DNA from: the human T2T-CHM13v2.0 reference genome, Homo sapiens
Assembly: GCF_009914755.1 (NCBI RefSeq)
Contig: NC_060925.1
Reading direction: 5' to 3' (one strand)
DNA: 64,000 nt
Position 1 is the stretch's first letter. Each line of letters begins with the position of its first letter. The notes beneath the pieces were generated by a model. The model had not been told where the DNA came from, ran no database searches, and saw nothing but the letters and a program-made list of their open reading frames with translations. Positions 30,136 through 47,371 of this stretch are shown one piece after another. The position numbers and the translations under genes are program-made.

Positions 30136-31032
30136 CTGTGCCCCGAACCTGCCTGTGAGGGGTAGCTGGGCTCGTTACTTCCCTGATACGCATGGCCCCG
30201 GGGAGCAGCAGGTGGGCAGGCGGGCAGCGGGGCCAATGGGCACACACAGCACTGAGGGTGATTTGCACAGAATGCCACCCACTCTTCACCTCTGATTTAT
30301 GAGGATTCGAGAAGCCAACAGGGCAGGAGGAGGGTTCAGCCTTACCCATGGGCCACTTGGCTCCCAGGGGCCCAGTGCCTGCAGGGGCAAGACCCAGGGG
30401 AAAGGGGCAGGGCCTCTGCTGAGCTTCCCCACCATAGGACTTGGAGCATGGGACTTGAGGCCCCTCTCAGGGCCTCAGTTCCCCTCAGCGACTCGTGCAA
30501 CCGTTGCCTCCCTCACCTCCACACACAGGGCTGACTCAGCGCCTGGACACTGGCTATCAGGGGAAGGCCCCGCAGGCCCACGTACTTCACCGCTTGGCCA
30601 GTTTCCGCAGGGCAGGCACTGAATGCCAGAGCCACTAGTCAGGACTGCATCAGGAAGCAAAGGGGAGCTGTTGAAGGATTCAGCACTGGGGCAGGAGGTG
30701 ATCAGATGAGAGTGCAGGAAGGGGCCAGGCTGGAGGCTAGAGGGAGGTGGGTAGAGTCCAGGTGAAAGGAGGAGGTCACAGCTTGGACCTCAGTGAAATG
30801 ATAGAAGAGGGGTGACAGAATAAGGTTTAATGGATGCCTGTGAAAGATGGCAGGGGAAAGAAAAAGAAAGAAATTGGAGGCCGGACACAGTGGCTCACAC
30901 CTGTCATCCCAGCACTTTGGGAGGCCAAGGCACAAGACTCGCTTGAACCCAGGAGGTGGAGGCTGCAGTAAGCCATGCGTATCAGGGAAGTAACGAGCCC
31001 AGCTACCCCTCACAGGCAGGTTCGGGGCACAG
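30136..31032. repeat. Perfect 61-bp inverted repeat (30136-30196 / 30972-31032)
   Basis: Base-by-base reverse-complement match, 61/61. Confidence 0.95.
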
Positions 31033-31255
31033 TGGATCGCACCACTGCACTCCAGCCTGGGTGACAAAGCAAGACTCTGTCTCAAAAAATAAAAAAGAAA
31101 GGGAAGGGGAGGGGAAGGGAGGGGGAGGGGGTGGTGGCTCCCAGCACGTTGGGAAGCTGAGGCACAAGAATCTCTTGAACCCAGGAGGCAGAGGTTGCGG
31201 TGAGCCAAGATCGCACCACTGCACTCCAGCCTGGGTAACAAAGCAAGACTCTGTC
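30879..31255 (+). mobile_element. Two related monomeric Alu units; the first carries a 61-bp non-Alu insertion
   Basis: Both share ggcacaaga and aaagcaagactctgtc; insertion at 30972-31032. Confidence 0.8.
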
Positions 31256-31362
31256 AAAGAAAGAAAGAAGGAAAGAAGGAAAGAAAGAAAGGAAGGAGGA
31301 AGGAAGGAAGGAAGGAAGGAAGGAAGGAAGGAAGGAAGGGAGGAGGGAGGGAGGGAGGGAGG
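31256..31362. repeat. (GAAA)n/(GGAA)n/(GGGA)n purine microsatellite
   Basis: Visible directly. Confidence 0.92.
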
Positions 31363-31957
31363 TTGGAGGTGCAGGCACTGGGGTCAGGCAGCCGGTCCTC
31401 TTCCTGATGGCATGGCCCACTGTGTACCTGATGGTGTGTGAAGTCCATCCCTCTTGTCTTTTGAACATAACAAAAGTAAGGTTGGAACTGAGGCAGAACA
31501 AAGAAAGCCTCCTGTCTCTCTCTCTGGACACCATAGCACAAAACACCCTGGGCCACAGATGCCCAGAACCCAGAAACAGATGCAAGGAAGCAGGAACGGG
31601 GACCTGCTTGCCAGTGCTCTCACATCCTTATTAGGGGAGACCAACTCTGCAGCTGTGACGCATTGCTTCAAGAAATGAAACTCTGGAAGGTGACCAGGAG
31701 AGAACACCCTGCCTAGATTACAAGAACCCCCTGAGCCAGAGCCAGTGCAAGCCCAAGCTGAGCCGTCAGCCTCTCCTGCATGCCACAATCCAAGACCCTG
31801 CCTCACTTGCCTGCTCTCTGGGAGAGGAAAGGGACCCATAGGATGGACATCTCCTGCCCTACCCAGTGCCCTACCCCAATCTCCTTATCTGTAAAATGGG
31901 CCTATAATGGTGCCTGCCTCAGAAGAAGAAGCCAAGGGCACTGTGTACAAGGGTGTG

Positions 31958-32049
31958 TGGCACATATGATGTGCCTGGTACACTGTGAGTGGCACATATG
32001 ATGTACCTGGTACACTGTGCATGGCGCATACGAAGTGCCTGGTACACAG
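31958..32049. repeat. 32-bp unit tandem repeat, about 3 copies (tggcacatatgatgtgcctggtacactgtgag)
   Basis: Copies start at 31958, 31990 and 32022. Confidence 0.88.
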
Positions 32050-33786
32050 TTTGGTCTCACCCAGGCCCTGAGAGTCAAATACATGCTGCCCATCATGCAG
32101 AAGAGGAAAACTGAGGCTCAGAGAAGTTAAAGGAACTGGCTCATGATCTCCCTACAATTCTAACTGTGCAACTCCTAGGCCTGGGTTCCCTTGGCTGGCA
32201 ATGTGGAGGGAAATGGGTGTGGGTAGGTGGGTGCAGGCTCCACATGCTCTTCACTTGGCAAGAGGGAGAGGGGACCTACCCCCTTCCTCCATCTGTCCTG
32301 GCCTCTCTTCCACCTCCCAACCCCACCAAAGGCAGGTCCTGCAAGGAAGCATCCCTTTCTGACTCCAGAACTCCTCCGTGGGCTGCAATGACTCTCTTGG
32401 GTCTAACCTGAGTCCTTCCTACTTTGGGTACAGACTGCTTCCTCTCCACCTGCCTGCTGGGCTGGCAGATGGCAGCCACCTCTATCAAGACCCCCAACGC
32501 TTCAGTGATGTGGAAAAGAGGGGTCACCAACCCCTCTTGCAGGGCATCGTCCTTTCTGGGCCAGGGGTGCCCTAAATCTCTGCCAGCCTCCCCTGCAAAA
32601 GGAACTGCAGCTCCTCACACTCCAGGGCTGCTGTGGGCACGTGAGGGAAATCAGGCAGAGAGGAAATCAGACATCGGGTTCTAAGCAAAGACCTGCAGTC
32701 GTCCTCTTCTGGTCACCCCTTCAGTCTCGTGCCCTGTCCCAGCGGAGCCAGAACCTTGAATGCCAACTGGGCCAGGCAGGAACAGCCAGCCTCTCCTGGC
32801 ACACCTGGCCAGGTGAGCAGGTGATGAAGCCAAGAGCCAGCTCATCACTTGGGTGTAAACAACTGCCCAGTGGGAGGTTGGCAGCCACCTCCTCTGCTCT
32901 ATCCCCAGTCCCTGCCCCGTGAGCCCCGCCTACCCAGAGAAAGAGGGTGTCCCAACTTGTTGGAGGAGTTTCCATCCCACATCGGTGCCTGGTGCCTGTA
33001 CTGGGTGTGTGTGGGGGACTCTGATGGGGGCCCACAACGGATCTTTGTCCTCCAGACCTGCGCCCCTCACTGTCCGGGAGGTGCCCAGCTCTTTGGAATG
33101 CCAAGGCCCCTGTCTCACCCACCCACCCCAGATGGCTTTGCCATTCCCTCCCAGGGCCCTCGCCAGCACAACAGAGCAAGGGCCGTCTGGGAACTAGGTC
33201 GTGCCTTAAGTGGAGGGAGCTTGGCTCTCTCTACCCACCAGCTGAGAGCTGTGTCCCTTGGAAGAAGGCGTGCAGTTCCAGGTTTCCAGAAGGAGGACGA
33301 AAACAGACCTCCACTGAGCACTTGGCCCCGATGCCCTGCATTTGACAGATGTTGCCTGGAAGACAGATACTGCCACCCTCACTTTAAAGATGGAGAAACT
33401 GAGGCAAGACCACCAATTCCATGAAGGCTGGGACCTTCTCTGCCTTGTTTGCTCCCGGCACACAGCAAGATCTCAAGGTGTACTTGTGGAAGGGATGAAT
33501 GGGGTTCAGAGAGGGCAAGTGACCTGGCCAAGGTCACACAGCCAGAAAGGAGCTCAACTGGGGATAATTCAGGCCGGTTTGAACCCTAAACTCAGGCTGC
33601 TTCTGAGACCCACCCACCGAGGTGGAGGCATCACACCTGCCCACATGAACGTGCACCCACCCCGCTGTCAGAGTCCTGCTCACACACATATACACATCTA
33701 CACCTGTGTGGGTCCACCCAGGCACACAGCCCCCACCCACACCACTCAAGCCCATGCAAAGGGCCCTCCCACCATCACCTCCCAGT

Positions 33787-33888
33787 CACCCTCTTAGACA
33801 CCCCTCCCTTTCCTGAGGTGTGCGTCTTCCTTCGTATCAATGAGCAGTAAATCCAGCTTTGTCCAGGTGTGTTTCTGGTGGTCTTTGG
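33787..33888 (+). repeat. 102-bp direct copy of 35697-35798
   Basis: 97/102 identity, offset 1910 bp. Confidence 0.92.
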
Positions 33889-34620
33889 AAGTCTGTGGGT
33901 ACACAGACTTCCTTCTGTGCTGTTCTCACACCCTCCTTGTCACCACCCCCTCCTCCACACCTGAGAGGCAGGATGGTACATGCCCTCTTCCACCCCCACA
34001 GCCCTGGTGCCTTCTCTGCCTCTCCAGGCCTAGCAGTTGCACTGGCACCACCGCTGTTCCGGAGAAGGCTAGAGAGTCACAGAACGTCACTTCTGGAAGG
34101 GCATCCCCCCAGCATATAGAGGGTCAGTCTCAAGCCCAAAGAACGCAGCACCCTGCCTGCGGCGATGGAGCTGACACCTGGGCAGCATTGGGGGAGCAAG
34201 GGGCTGGGCTGCCTGCAAGGTGATCCCATGGTGCAGGACCGGCTCGCTACTGTGTCACGTGGTCCAGCCTCCGGAGCAGCTGAAAGTGTAGACCGGAGAG
34301 GGAGGCCCAAACCCCAGGATCTCCTCCTCCTGCTTTGTGCCCTCCCAGATCTGCCTGGGGACCAGCTGGGGTCTCAGCTCCCTGGGCTGTGGGGCGGGGG
34401 CCTTGTTCTCCAGAGCGGGCTGAACCTGGAATGGGCCCTGGTTCTCTACTAATAAAGGGCCCACTAGGCAGAGGTGGTTAAGGAGGCCCAGAGGACCCCT
34501 AGGAGGTCCAGGTGACATGTACTGGACTCTGTGCCTGAGCCTGTACACTGAGTTTTCCATTTGACCTCACGGCAACCCTGGGAGTAAGGCATTAATTTGT
34601 TTTACGTACCAGCAATAGTC

Positions 34621-34669
34621 TTATTTTCTTTCTTTTTTCTGTTTTTTGTTTGTTTTGTTTTGATTTTTG

Positions 34670-34704
<35 letters not shown>

Positions 34705-34922
34705 GTTTTGTTTTGTTTGAGATAAGGTCTCACTCTGTGGCCCGGGCTGGAGGGCAGTGGCGCGATCACAGCTCCCTACAGCCTTGACCTCCTAGGCTTA
34801 GGCAATCCTCCCACCTTAGCCTCCTGAGTAGCTGGGACCACAGGCATGCGCCACCACGCCTGGCTAATTTTTTTTATTTTTATTTTTGTAGAGACAGGGT
34901 CTTGCTTTATTGTCCAGGCTGG
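34621..34922 (-). mobile_element. Partial AluJ with a (TG)n/T-rich tail
   Basis: Alu right arm, linker and part of the left arm; (TG)n at ~34674-34700. Confidence 0.85.
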
Positions 34923-35326
34923 AATAGTCTCATTTTCTAGAGGGATAAACTGAGTCCCAGGGAGTTAAGGCACTGGCCCAAGGTCCCCAAAACCTGGCAT
35001 ACAGTGGCTGTTCACTAAGTATTTCTTCAGAGAATGAAGTTGCAAAGGGGAAAGCGACTTGCAAAGTGACCAAAAGCGTGAGCAGTCAAGATTAGGATCC
35101 ATCTGATGCCAAAGGCTCTTCAGCTTCCTGAACTCGGCAGAGCCTCCTCTGCAGCCTGAGGGCTCGCAAATGACACATGGCTGACATTTGCCCCGCATGA
35201 GCACCCTGTGCGATGCGGCCAGCTTTCCAGGGCTCCATGCTGTTCGCTTTCAAATGAAGAAAGAGGGAAGCAGCCCCTGACAACCTGGAGCTGCCTGGCC
35301 CTCCCAGCTAGCCCTTGGTGTGATCC

Positions 35327-35814
35327 TGTTAGAGAGAATCCATTTCACACATCACCAGCATTACACAAGGCCACCCTATGACCGTGATGATCAAGACAAA
35401 AAACAAGACCACTTCACAATTATATCCGAACATAGACAAAAAAAAAAAGGTGACCCAAATCACAAAAATGATCAAAAGTCCCTCTCTCCTGGCTAAGCAA
35501 ATGACAATGGCTTCTTTGCCTATTATAGCTTTGGTTTCAGTTCACTCCTCTCACTCTGCAGATAAAAATTCCTAAGATCTCCAATCACAGAATGACCTCC
35601 CCCTTCGTGACAGCATACAATTCAGAGCAAACTCCACTTCCCTGAACCCTCCTCAAAAGCATCCAACACAAGCCCGAATCCTCTAAGTCCTTCCTGCACC
35701 CTCTTAGACACCCCTAGCTTTCCTGAGGTGTGTGTCTTCCTTCGTATCAATGAGCAGTAAACTCAGCTTTGTCCAGGTGTGTTTCTGGTGGTCTTTGGCT
35801 AGAAGGCATTAACA
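35327..35814 (+). mobile_element. Old solo LTR (ERVL-like; family uncertain)
   Basis: TG...CA termini (tgttagagag...ggcattaaca); AATAAA-like agtaaa and a gtgtgtttctggtggtctttggc R/U5-like end; no clean TSD. Confidence 0.5.
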
Positions 35815-36046
35815 AGGTCTTAGAACAACTGAACGAGACGTGTTTTGTTCAGCCCATTTTGTTGATGCCTCTGGAGCCAGGGGCCAGGAAAATGTCAGCC
35901 TCCAGTGAAGTATGACAAGGTGAGAAAGGACCTTGTCATCTCCAGCTGTTCCCAGGAGGCCGCATTTCCAGGTTGTTGGGTGGAGAAGGTTAACTCCTTG
36001 CTGGCCCTGCAGCTCCATTCACCACAGCCCAAATGTAAGCCTTGAC

Positions 36047-36265
36047 ACACCCACCACCACCACCACCACCACTGTCACCACCACCACCGTCACCACCGTC
36101 ACCACCACCGTCACCACCACCGTCACCACCATCACCACCGTCACCGCCACCGTCACCACCACCGTCACCACCGTCACCACCACCACCGTCACCACCGTCA
36201 CCGTCACCATCACCACCATCACCACCACCACCACCATCACCACGACCACCATCATCACCACCATC
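36047..36265. repeat. (CAC)n trinucleotide repeat interrupted by CGT/CAT, about 220 bp
   Basis: Visible directly; accounts for the poly-T/V, P/S and G/D ORFs. Confidence 0.95.
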
Positions 36266-36463
36266 AAGCGTCTGTGTGGAGAGGATGGCAGAAGGTGGCA
36301 AGCACTGGGCCAGGAGTCACGAGATCCTGGTTCAGTCTTGCCTTTGCCTCTCAGTTGTCATGTGACCGAGCCTCAGTTTATCCATCTGGACAATGGGGTG
36401 GGGTGGAGGCGAGTGGGATAACTGATTGAAGGGAACCCTTCTCCAATTGAAACTACTCGCTCA

Positions 36464-40384
<3,921 letters not shown>

Positions 40385-40429
40385 AGACTGTCTTTAAAAA
40401 GAGGAGAGGAGAAGGGAGAGGAGGAGAGG

Positions 40430-40925
40430 GGAGGGGAAGAGAAGCAAAGGGCAAAGTGTGGGGGATGGGGCACGGAGCTTCCATGCCCTCCCTGGGTGCG
40501 CCCCCCTCCAGTAACCTCCACCTGTTCATCTGTCTGGAAGCTCTCCAGGTCTGGTCCTTTGGGTTTTTGTGGAGGCTTCGTTACGTAGGTATGATTTATT
40601 AAAACATTTGCCATCGATGAGCAATTTAACCTTCAGTCCCTCTCTCCTTCCCAGAGGTTGGGAGATCGGGCTGAAAGAACTAACCCCTTAATCATGGCTT
40701 GGTCTTTCTGGTGACCAGCCTTAGCCTAAAGCTACTGAGGAGCAGCTAGCCATTAGTCCACTTATTAAAATACACAAAGATCTCACTTTGGGGATCCTAA
40801 GCGTTTTAGGAGATGTGTGCTAGGAAATGGAGTTGGAGACCAAATACATGACATATAAATAAAAGCAAAGAAAAAATACATGAATTGCACTTCATCAAAA
40901 TACAAATACATGTTTCACAGTATCA
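40430..40925 (-). mobile_element. MER21-like LTR fragment
   Basis: ggagcttccatgccctccctgggtgc...aacctccacctgttca...ttttgtggaggcttc matches recalled MER21 sequence. Confidence 0.6.
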
Positions 40926-41628
<703 letters not shown>

Positions 41629-41927
41629 ATATCATTAGCAATTAGGGAAATATAAATCAAAACCACAGTGAGACACTCCTTCACACACACCAAGATGGCT
41701 ACAACCAAAGACAGACAATAACAAGCACTGTTGAGGATGCAGAGAAATTGGAACCCTTACATTGCTGCTGGGAATATAAAATGGTGCAGTCACTTTGGAA
41801 AACAGTTTGGCAGTTCCTCAAAAACCTAAACAAGGCCGGGCACAGTGGCTCAAGCCTGTAATCCCAGCACTTTGGGAGGCCGAGGTGGGCGGATCACGAG
41901 GTCAGGAGATTGAGACAATCCTGGTTA

Positions 41928-42152
<225 letters not shown>

Positions 42153-42199
42153 TCACACCGGTAATCCCAGCACTTTGGGAGGCCAAGAGGGGTGGATCA

Positions 42200-42411
<212 letters not shown>

Positions 42412-42946
42412 TCATCTCAAAAACAAACAAACGAACAAAAAAACCACCTAAATCAGTAGTTACCATATGGTCTAACAATGCCACTCCTAGGAATACCCCA
42501 GAGAAGGAAAAACAGAGGTGATGTTAACAACAGCAGTGTTCATGATAACCAAAAAGTGGGAGCAACCCCAAAGCCCATACAATGGTGAATGCTAAATAAA
42601 ATATGGTCGGCTGGGCACGGTGGCTCTCGCCTGTAATCCGAGCACTTTGGGAGGCTGAGGTGGGTGAATCACCTGAGGTCAGGGGTTCAAGACCAGCCTG
42701 GCCAACATGGCAAAACCTCATCTCTACTGAAAATACAAAAGTTAGCTGGGCATGGTGGTGCATGCTTGTAATCCCAGATACTTGGGAGGTCGAGGCAGGA
42801 GAATCACTTCAACCCAGGAGGCAGAGGTTGCAGTGAGCCAAAACCATGCCACTGCACTCCAGCCTGGGTGATAGAGTGAGACTCCATCTCAAAATAAAAT
42901 AAAATAAAATAAAATAAAATAAAATAAAATAAAATAAAGTCTATCC

Positions 42947-43427
42947 TCTCAGAAAAAGGACAATTCAAAAGAAAATGTTCATAGTGGCCCACGGTGGCTG
43001 CAGTCAGGCACGTGGGTAATAAAACCTAGACCTATCATATAAAGCTGACCTCTTAACTGCACGACTGGAGTTTGTGAAATATTTCACTGAAAGGTGCTGG
43101 CTATAAACCTGTTTATCAGATGCAGAAAAAAGTCAAGATGGAATCAGTTGCCCTCCACCAGACCCTCCTCCAGACCCTAAGACGCCTAACATTTCTCTCT
43201 ACCCGCTCGACGGCATGTTTATCTGCTCTTACACAATAGCGTCACGGAACTGAGACCAGAATTGCAGGAATGCAGCCGTTGCTTCCCACTGCTTCTCCCA
43301 CTTTTTGTGCTACGCATATCCCTCTGTTAGAAAATTATATACTGTGCCTCACAGAACCTACTTCTGGACACATTCTTGGTCTATACTGTCTATACTGAGT
43401 ACCTATTATTTCACATTTTGATCAACA
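42947..43427 (+). mobile_element. Solo LTR of undetermined family inserted in L1M
   Basis: 481-bp block interrupting the L1 sequence, ends in CA, flanked by a 4-bp direct repeat ATCC. Confidence 0.5.
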
Positions 43428-43541
43428 ATCCATGCAGTGAACATTATTCAGTCATAAAAAGAAAGAATAAAATTCTGATCCATGCTACATGTGTGAACCT
43501 TGAAAACATTAGGCTAAGTGAAAGAAGCCAATCACAAAGGC

Positions 43542-43698
43542 TTTATTTTGAGACAGGGTCTTTCTCTGTCACCCAGACTGCAGCACTGTGGCATGATCAC
43601 AGCTCACTGCAGCCTCAACTTCCAAGGCTCAAGAGATCCTCCCACCTTAGCCTCCAGAATAGCTGGTCTACAGGCACATGCCAATATGCCCAGCTAAT
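43542..43698 (-). repeat. 157-bp local copy of the Alu arm at 41136-41293
   Basis: About 95% identity including shared non-consensus bases; no TSD. Confidence 0.82.
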
Positions 43699-44222
43699 AC
43701 TGTATATTCCAATTTCGGGTTTTGTTTTGTTTTGCTTTGTTTTTGAGATGGAATCTCACTCTGTCACCCAGGCTGTAGTGCAGTGGCATGATCTTGGCTC
43801 ACTGCAGCCTCCACCTCCCAGGCTGAAGCGATTCTCCTGCCTCAGCGTCCCAATTAACTGGGACTACAGGCGTGAGCCAGCACCACGCCTGGCTAATGTT
43901 AGTATTTTTAGTAGAGACGGGGCTTCACCATGTTGCCCAGGCTGGTCTTGAACTCATGAGCTCAAGTGATCTGCTCACCTCAGCCTCCCAAGGTGCTGGG
44001 ATTACAGGCGTGAGCTACTGCACACAGCCTGTATATTCCATTTATATGAAATGTCCAGAATAGGCAAATCCTAGAGGCAGAAAATGGATTAATGGTTGCC
44101 AGGGTGGGGGACAGAGAATGGGGAGTAGCTTACAGGCTTCATTTTGGGGTGATGAAAATGTTCTGAAATGAGACCATGGTGATGGCTGTGCAACCTCGTG
44201 ACTATAATAAAAACCACTGTTG

Positions 44223-44737
44223 TGCCGAGACCAGCTCAGTCGGGGAGAGCCTAACCCAGTGGCACTAGAGGAATTAAAGATACACACACACAGAAATATA
44301 GAGGTGTGAAGCGGGAAATCAGGGGTCTCACAGCCTTCAGAGCTGAGAGCCCCGAACGGAGATTTACCTATGTATTTATTAACTGCAAGCTAGCCATTAG
44401 CATTGTTTCTATAGATATTAAATTAACTAAAAGTATCCCTTATGGGAAACGAAGGGATGGGCCAAATTAAAGGAATAGGTTGGGCTAGTTAACTGCAGCA
44501 GGAGCATGTCCTTAAGCCACGGATCGCTCATGCTATTGTTTGTGGCTTAAGAATGCCTTTAAGTGGTTTTCTGCCCTGGGCGGGCCAGGTGTTCCTTGCC
44601 CTCATTCCGGTAAACCCACAACCTTCCAGCATGGGCTTTATGGCCATCATGAACATGTCACAGTGCTGCAGAGATTTTGTTTATGGCCAGTTTTGGGGCC
44701 AGTTTATGGCCAGATTTTGGGGGGCCTGCTCCCAACA
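44223..44737 (-). mobile_element. 3' LTR (MER9)
   Basis: Preceded by PPT AAAGAATGGGGACA (44738-44751); AATAAA present in the LTR on the minus strand. Confidence 0.93.
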
Positions 44738-44751
44738 TGTCCCCATTCTTT

Positions 44752-45692
44752 GATTTGCAAATCGATAAACGCAAAGGCAGCTTTGTCACGGTGAGCTACT
44801 TCTCACAGGAATCAGGATCCGCAACTGCAGACTATACAAAGACAAATGACACAGATTAAAAGCACAATCATCATTGAAATCACAGAACTTCCAAGTGTTT
44901 GTATCCATTTTCAACTCCTTTAAGCACTCCAGTTCCTGGAATTAAGGTCAGGTGTGCCTGGGATGCTTTAAATATTTGTTCTTTTAATTTTAAAACCTTA
45001 TGTTAAGCTCCTAGAGTGGGCCATATCATTTGAGGTTGAGGTGCCACTCTACTGCCATGGTTCCAGATAATAGGAACTTTTGCCATACTTCTTATCATTT
45101 CTACCATCTGACCATTTTGTTCAGATCATCTGAACATAGTGTGGCCATGGCACGCAGACTGAGAGGTGCAATTCAAGCTAAACATCCCCTTAGGGGACCA
45201 ATTAATAATGATTCTACAGGAATCGTTGTGCAGCACCTCTGCCTGTTCTGCAATGCAATCTTCCTAAACAAGTAGGTTCATTTTTTCTATGTTTACAAAT
45301 AGGTCCAATCCTGTTTATAAATAGGTTTTTGAGGGCAGTATGCCTCAATTATAGGAGCAGATTTATTATGGTAAATACTGAGACCAGAAAGCATGTGTAA
45401 CTGTGTCATAGAGTGATTGCATCCAGGCATTATTGCCAGCCAAGATTGATAAATATACCCAATAAGTATAATTGTTCCCTGTGTCAGCCCTTATTGAAGG
45501 AATACTCACGGCAGTGGTGATAACCGCTATCATAGCTACCATTAAATTACTCGTTGTGACTGGTTGTCCCGCTTTCCTCAGGTTTTCTTCTGCCATCTGT
45601 GACAGCTTCTTGATCTGTCCCCAGGTGGGTGGCTGTGTTTGACGAGTGTTGCTTGTGACAGTTGGGGTCCTCCTCAGCATCAGTCTTGACAT
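44752..45692 (-). pseudogene. env: Deleted env: long signal peptide, SU fragments, most of TM missing
   Basis: PPTWGQIKKL...LMVAMIAVITTAV...NYTYWVYL resembles the HML Env N-terminus; only ~940 bp remain before the PPT. Confidence 0.8.
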
Positions 45693-47371
45693 GGCTGCAA
45701 CCGGGGGGTCCTCGGGATCCTCCCGGAATCTCTTCCTTGGCATCTGGCTCATGATAAGGTTTCAGGTGTCTTGATGGTATCCAAATGGGCTGTTGATTTT
45801 GGCCTGAGAAACACAAGCATAACCTCTACCCCAAGTTATTATTTTACCTATTTCCCAACTTTTTCTTATTGGATCTCTCCACCAAATCAGTTGTTCTGCT
45901 TCTATCTTTGCAGCTGGTTTCTGTAGATGCTGTTCAGCTACTGATAACATTTGGCCTTTGGGCAGGCTCAAAAAATTTAAAGTTAATAATGCTAGGTTCA
46001 GTTGCATTTGTGGGGTTCCATACTCTCTGTCTCCCCTTCTGCTTTTGCAACTGCTGTTTTAGGGAGAGATTCATTCTTTCCACTATGGCTTGTCCTTGAG
46101 AATTGTATGGGATACCAGTAATGTGTTTAATATTCCACATAGAGAAAAATGTAGCTAGAGCTTGGCTAGTATAGCCTGGGGCATTATCTATTTTAATAGA
46201 AGCTGGAATGCCCATCACTGCAAAACACTGCAAAAGGTGACGTTTAACACAGGCAGAAGACTCTCCTGATTGGCATGCAGCCCAGACAAAATGAGAAAAG
46301 GTGTCCACACATACACGTACATAAGCTAGTCTCCCAAACGAGGGAACATGTGTGACATCCACTTGCCAAAGGGAGTTAGGTTCCAATCCTCAAGGATTAA
46401 CTCTTCCTTTACTGTAAAAGATGAGGAATGTACCACTTGGCAAGTTGGGCATTGCTGGATAATAGCTTTAGCTTCTTTCCAGGTAATGCTGTATCTGCAT
46501 TTAAGACCAGAGGCATTAACATGGGTTAAATTGTGAAAGTGTCTAGCATTAGATATTGCATTAGCGACTAGGCAATCAGCCATTTAACTTCCTTCAGTCA
46601 AAGGTCCTGGAAGAGGTGTATGAGCCCTAATGTGAGTGATGTAAAAAGGGTGCATTCTACTTCTAACTGCTGTTTTGCAATTGGGTAAATAAAGTCATCA
46701 GTTGTTTATTTGTATGAAATCGTAACTGAGGATTTTCAATTAACTGTGTGGAGTGAACCACGTATGAAGAATCAGAAATCACATTAATAGGCATATCAAA
46801 AGCAGTCAATACCTCAATTACAGCTACAAGCTCCACTTTTTGAGCTGAAGTATAGGGCATCTGCAAAACTTTATCTTTTGATCTAGAATAAGAAGCTTTA
46901 CCATTACTGGACCCATCTGTAAAAACAATGGAAACACTTAGCAGGCCTGCAGGTTGTTTACTGCAGGAACTGTAAATGCAAACTGTTCACAGTCTTGCTC
47001 AGCTAAAGGGATAGTAAAGAAACAGTCTTTTAGATCTATGACTATTAAAGTCCAATTTTTTGGAATTATAATGGGATAAGGCAATCCTGGCTGTAATGCT
47101 CCCATAGGTTGTATAACTGAATTGATAGCTCTTAAGTCGTTAACATTCTCCATTTACCTGATTTTTTCTTAATTACGAAAACCGGAGAATTCCAAGGGGA
47201 AAATGTTGGAGCTATGTGCCCATTTTCTAATTGTTCAGTAACTAATTTCTCTAAAGCCTCCAGTTTTTCTTTACTTAGCGGCCATTGTTCTATACAAATT
47301 GGCTTATCTGTTAACCTTTTTAAAGGTATAGGTTCTGGAGACTTAACAATGGCCTCCATTAAAAATGACAT
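45547..47371 (-). pseudogene. pol: Defective pol: RT N-terminus, deletion of the RT core, RNase H, frameshifted integrase
   Basis: [16 protein letters not shown] and DLKDCFF, then a jump to FTDGS (RNase H) at ~46925; IN HHCC and WQVDVTH / IDNAPGY / IVERMN DDE motifs. Confidence 0.9.

Noticed and set aside
31958-32049. 32-bp repeats resembling a CRISPR array
   Set aside because: Head-to-tail with no spacers, in a mammalian genome; an ordinary minisatellite.
35933-36421. Mucin- or extensin-like poly-Thr/Val and Pro/Ser ORFs
   Set aside because: Translations of a simple (CAC)n repeat with no exon context.
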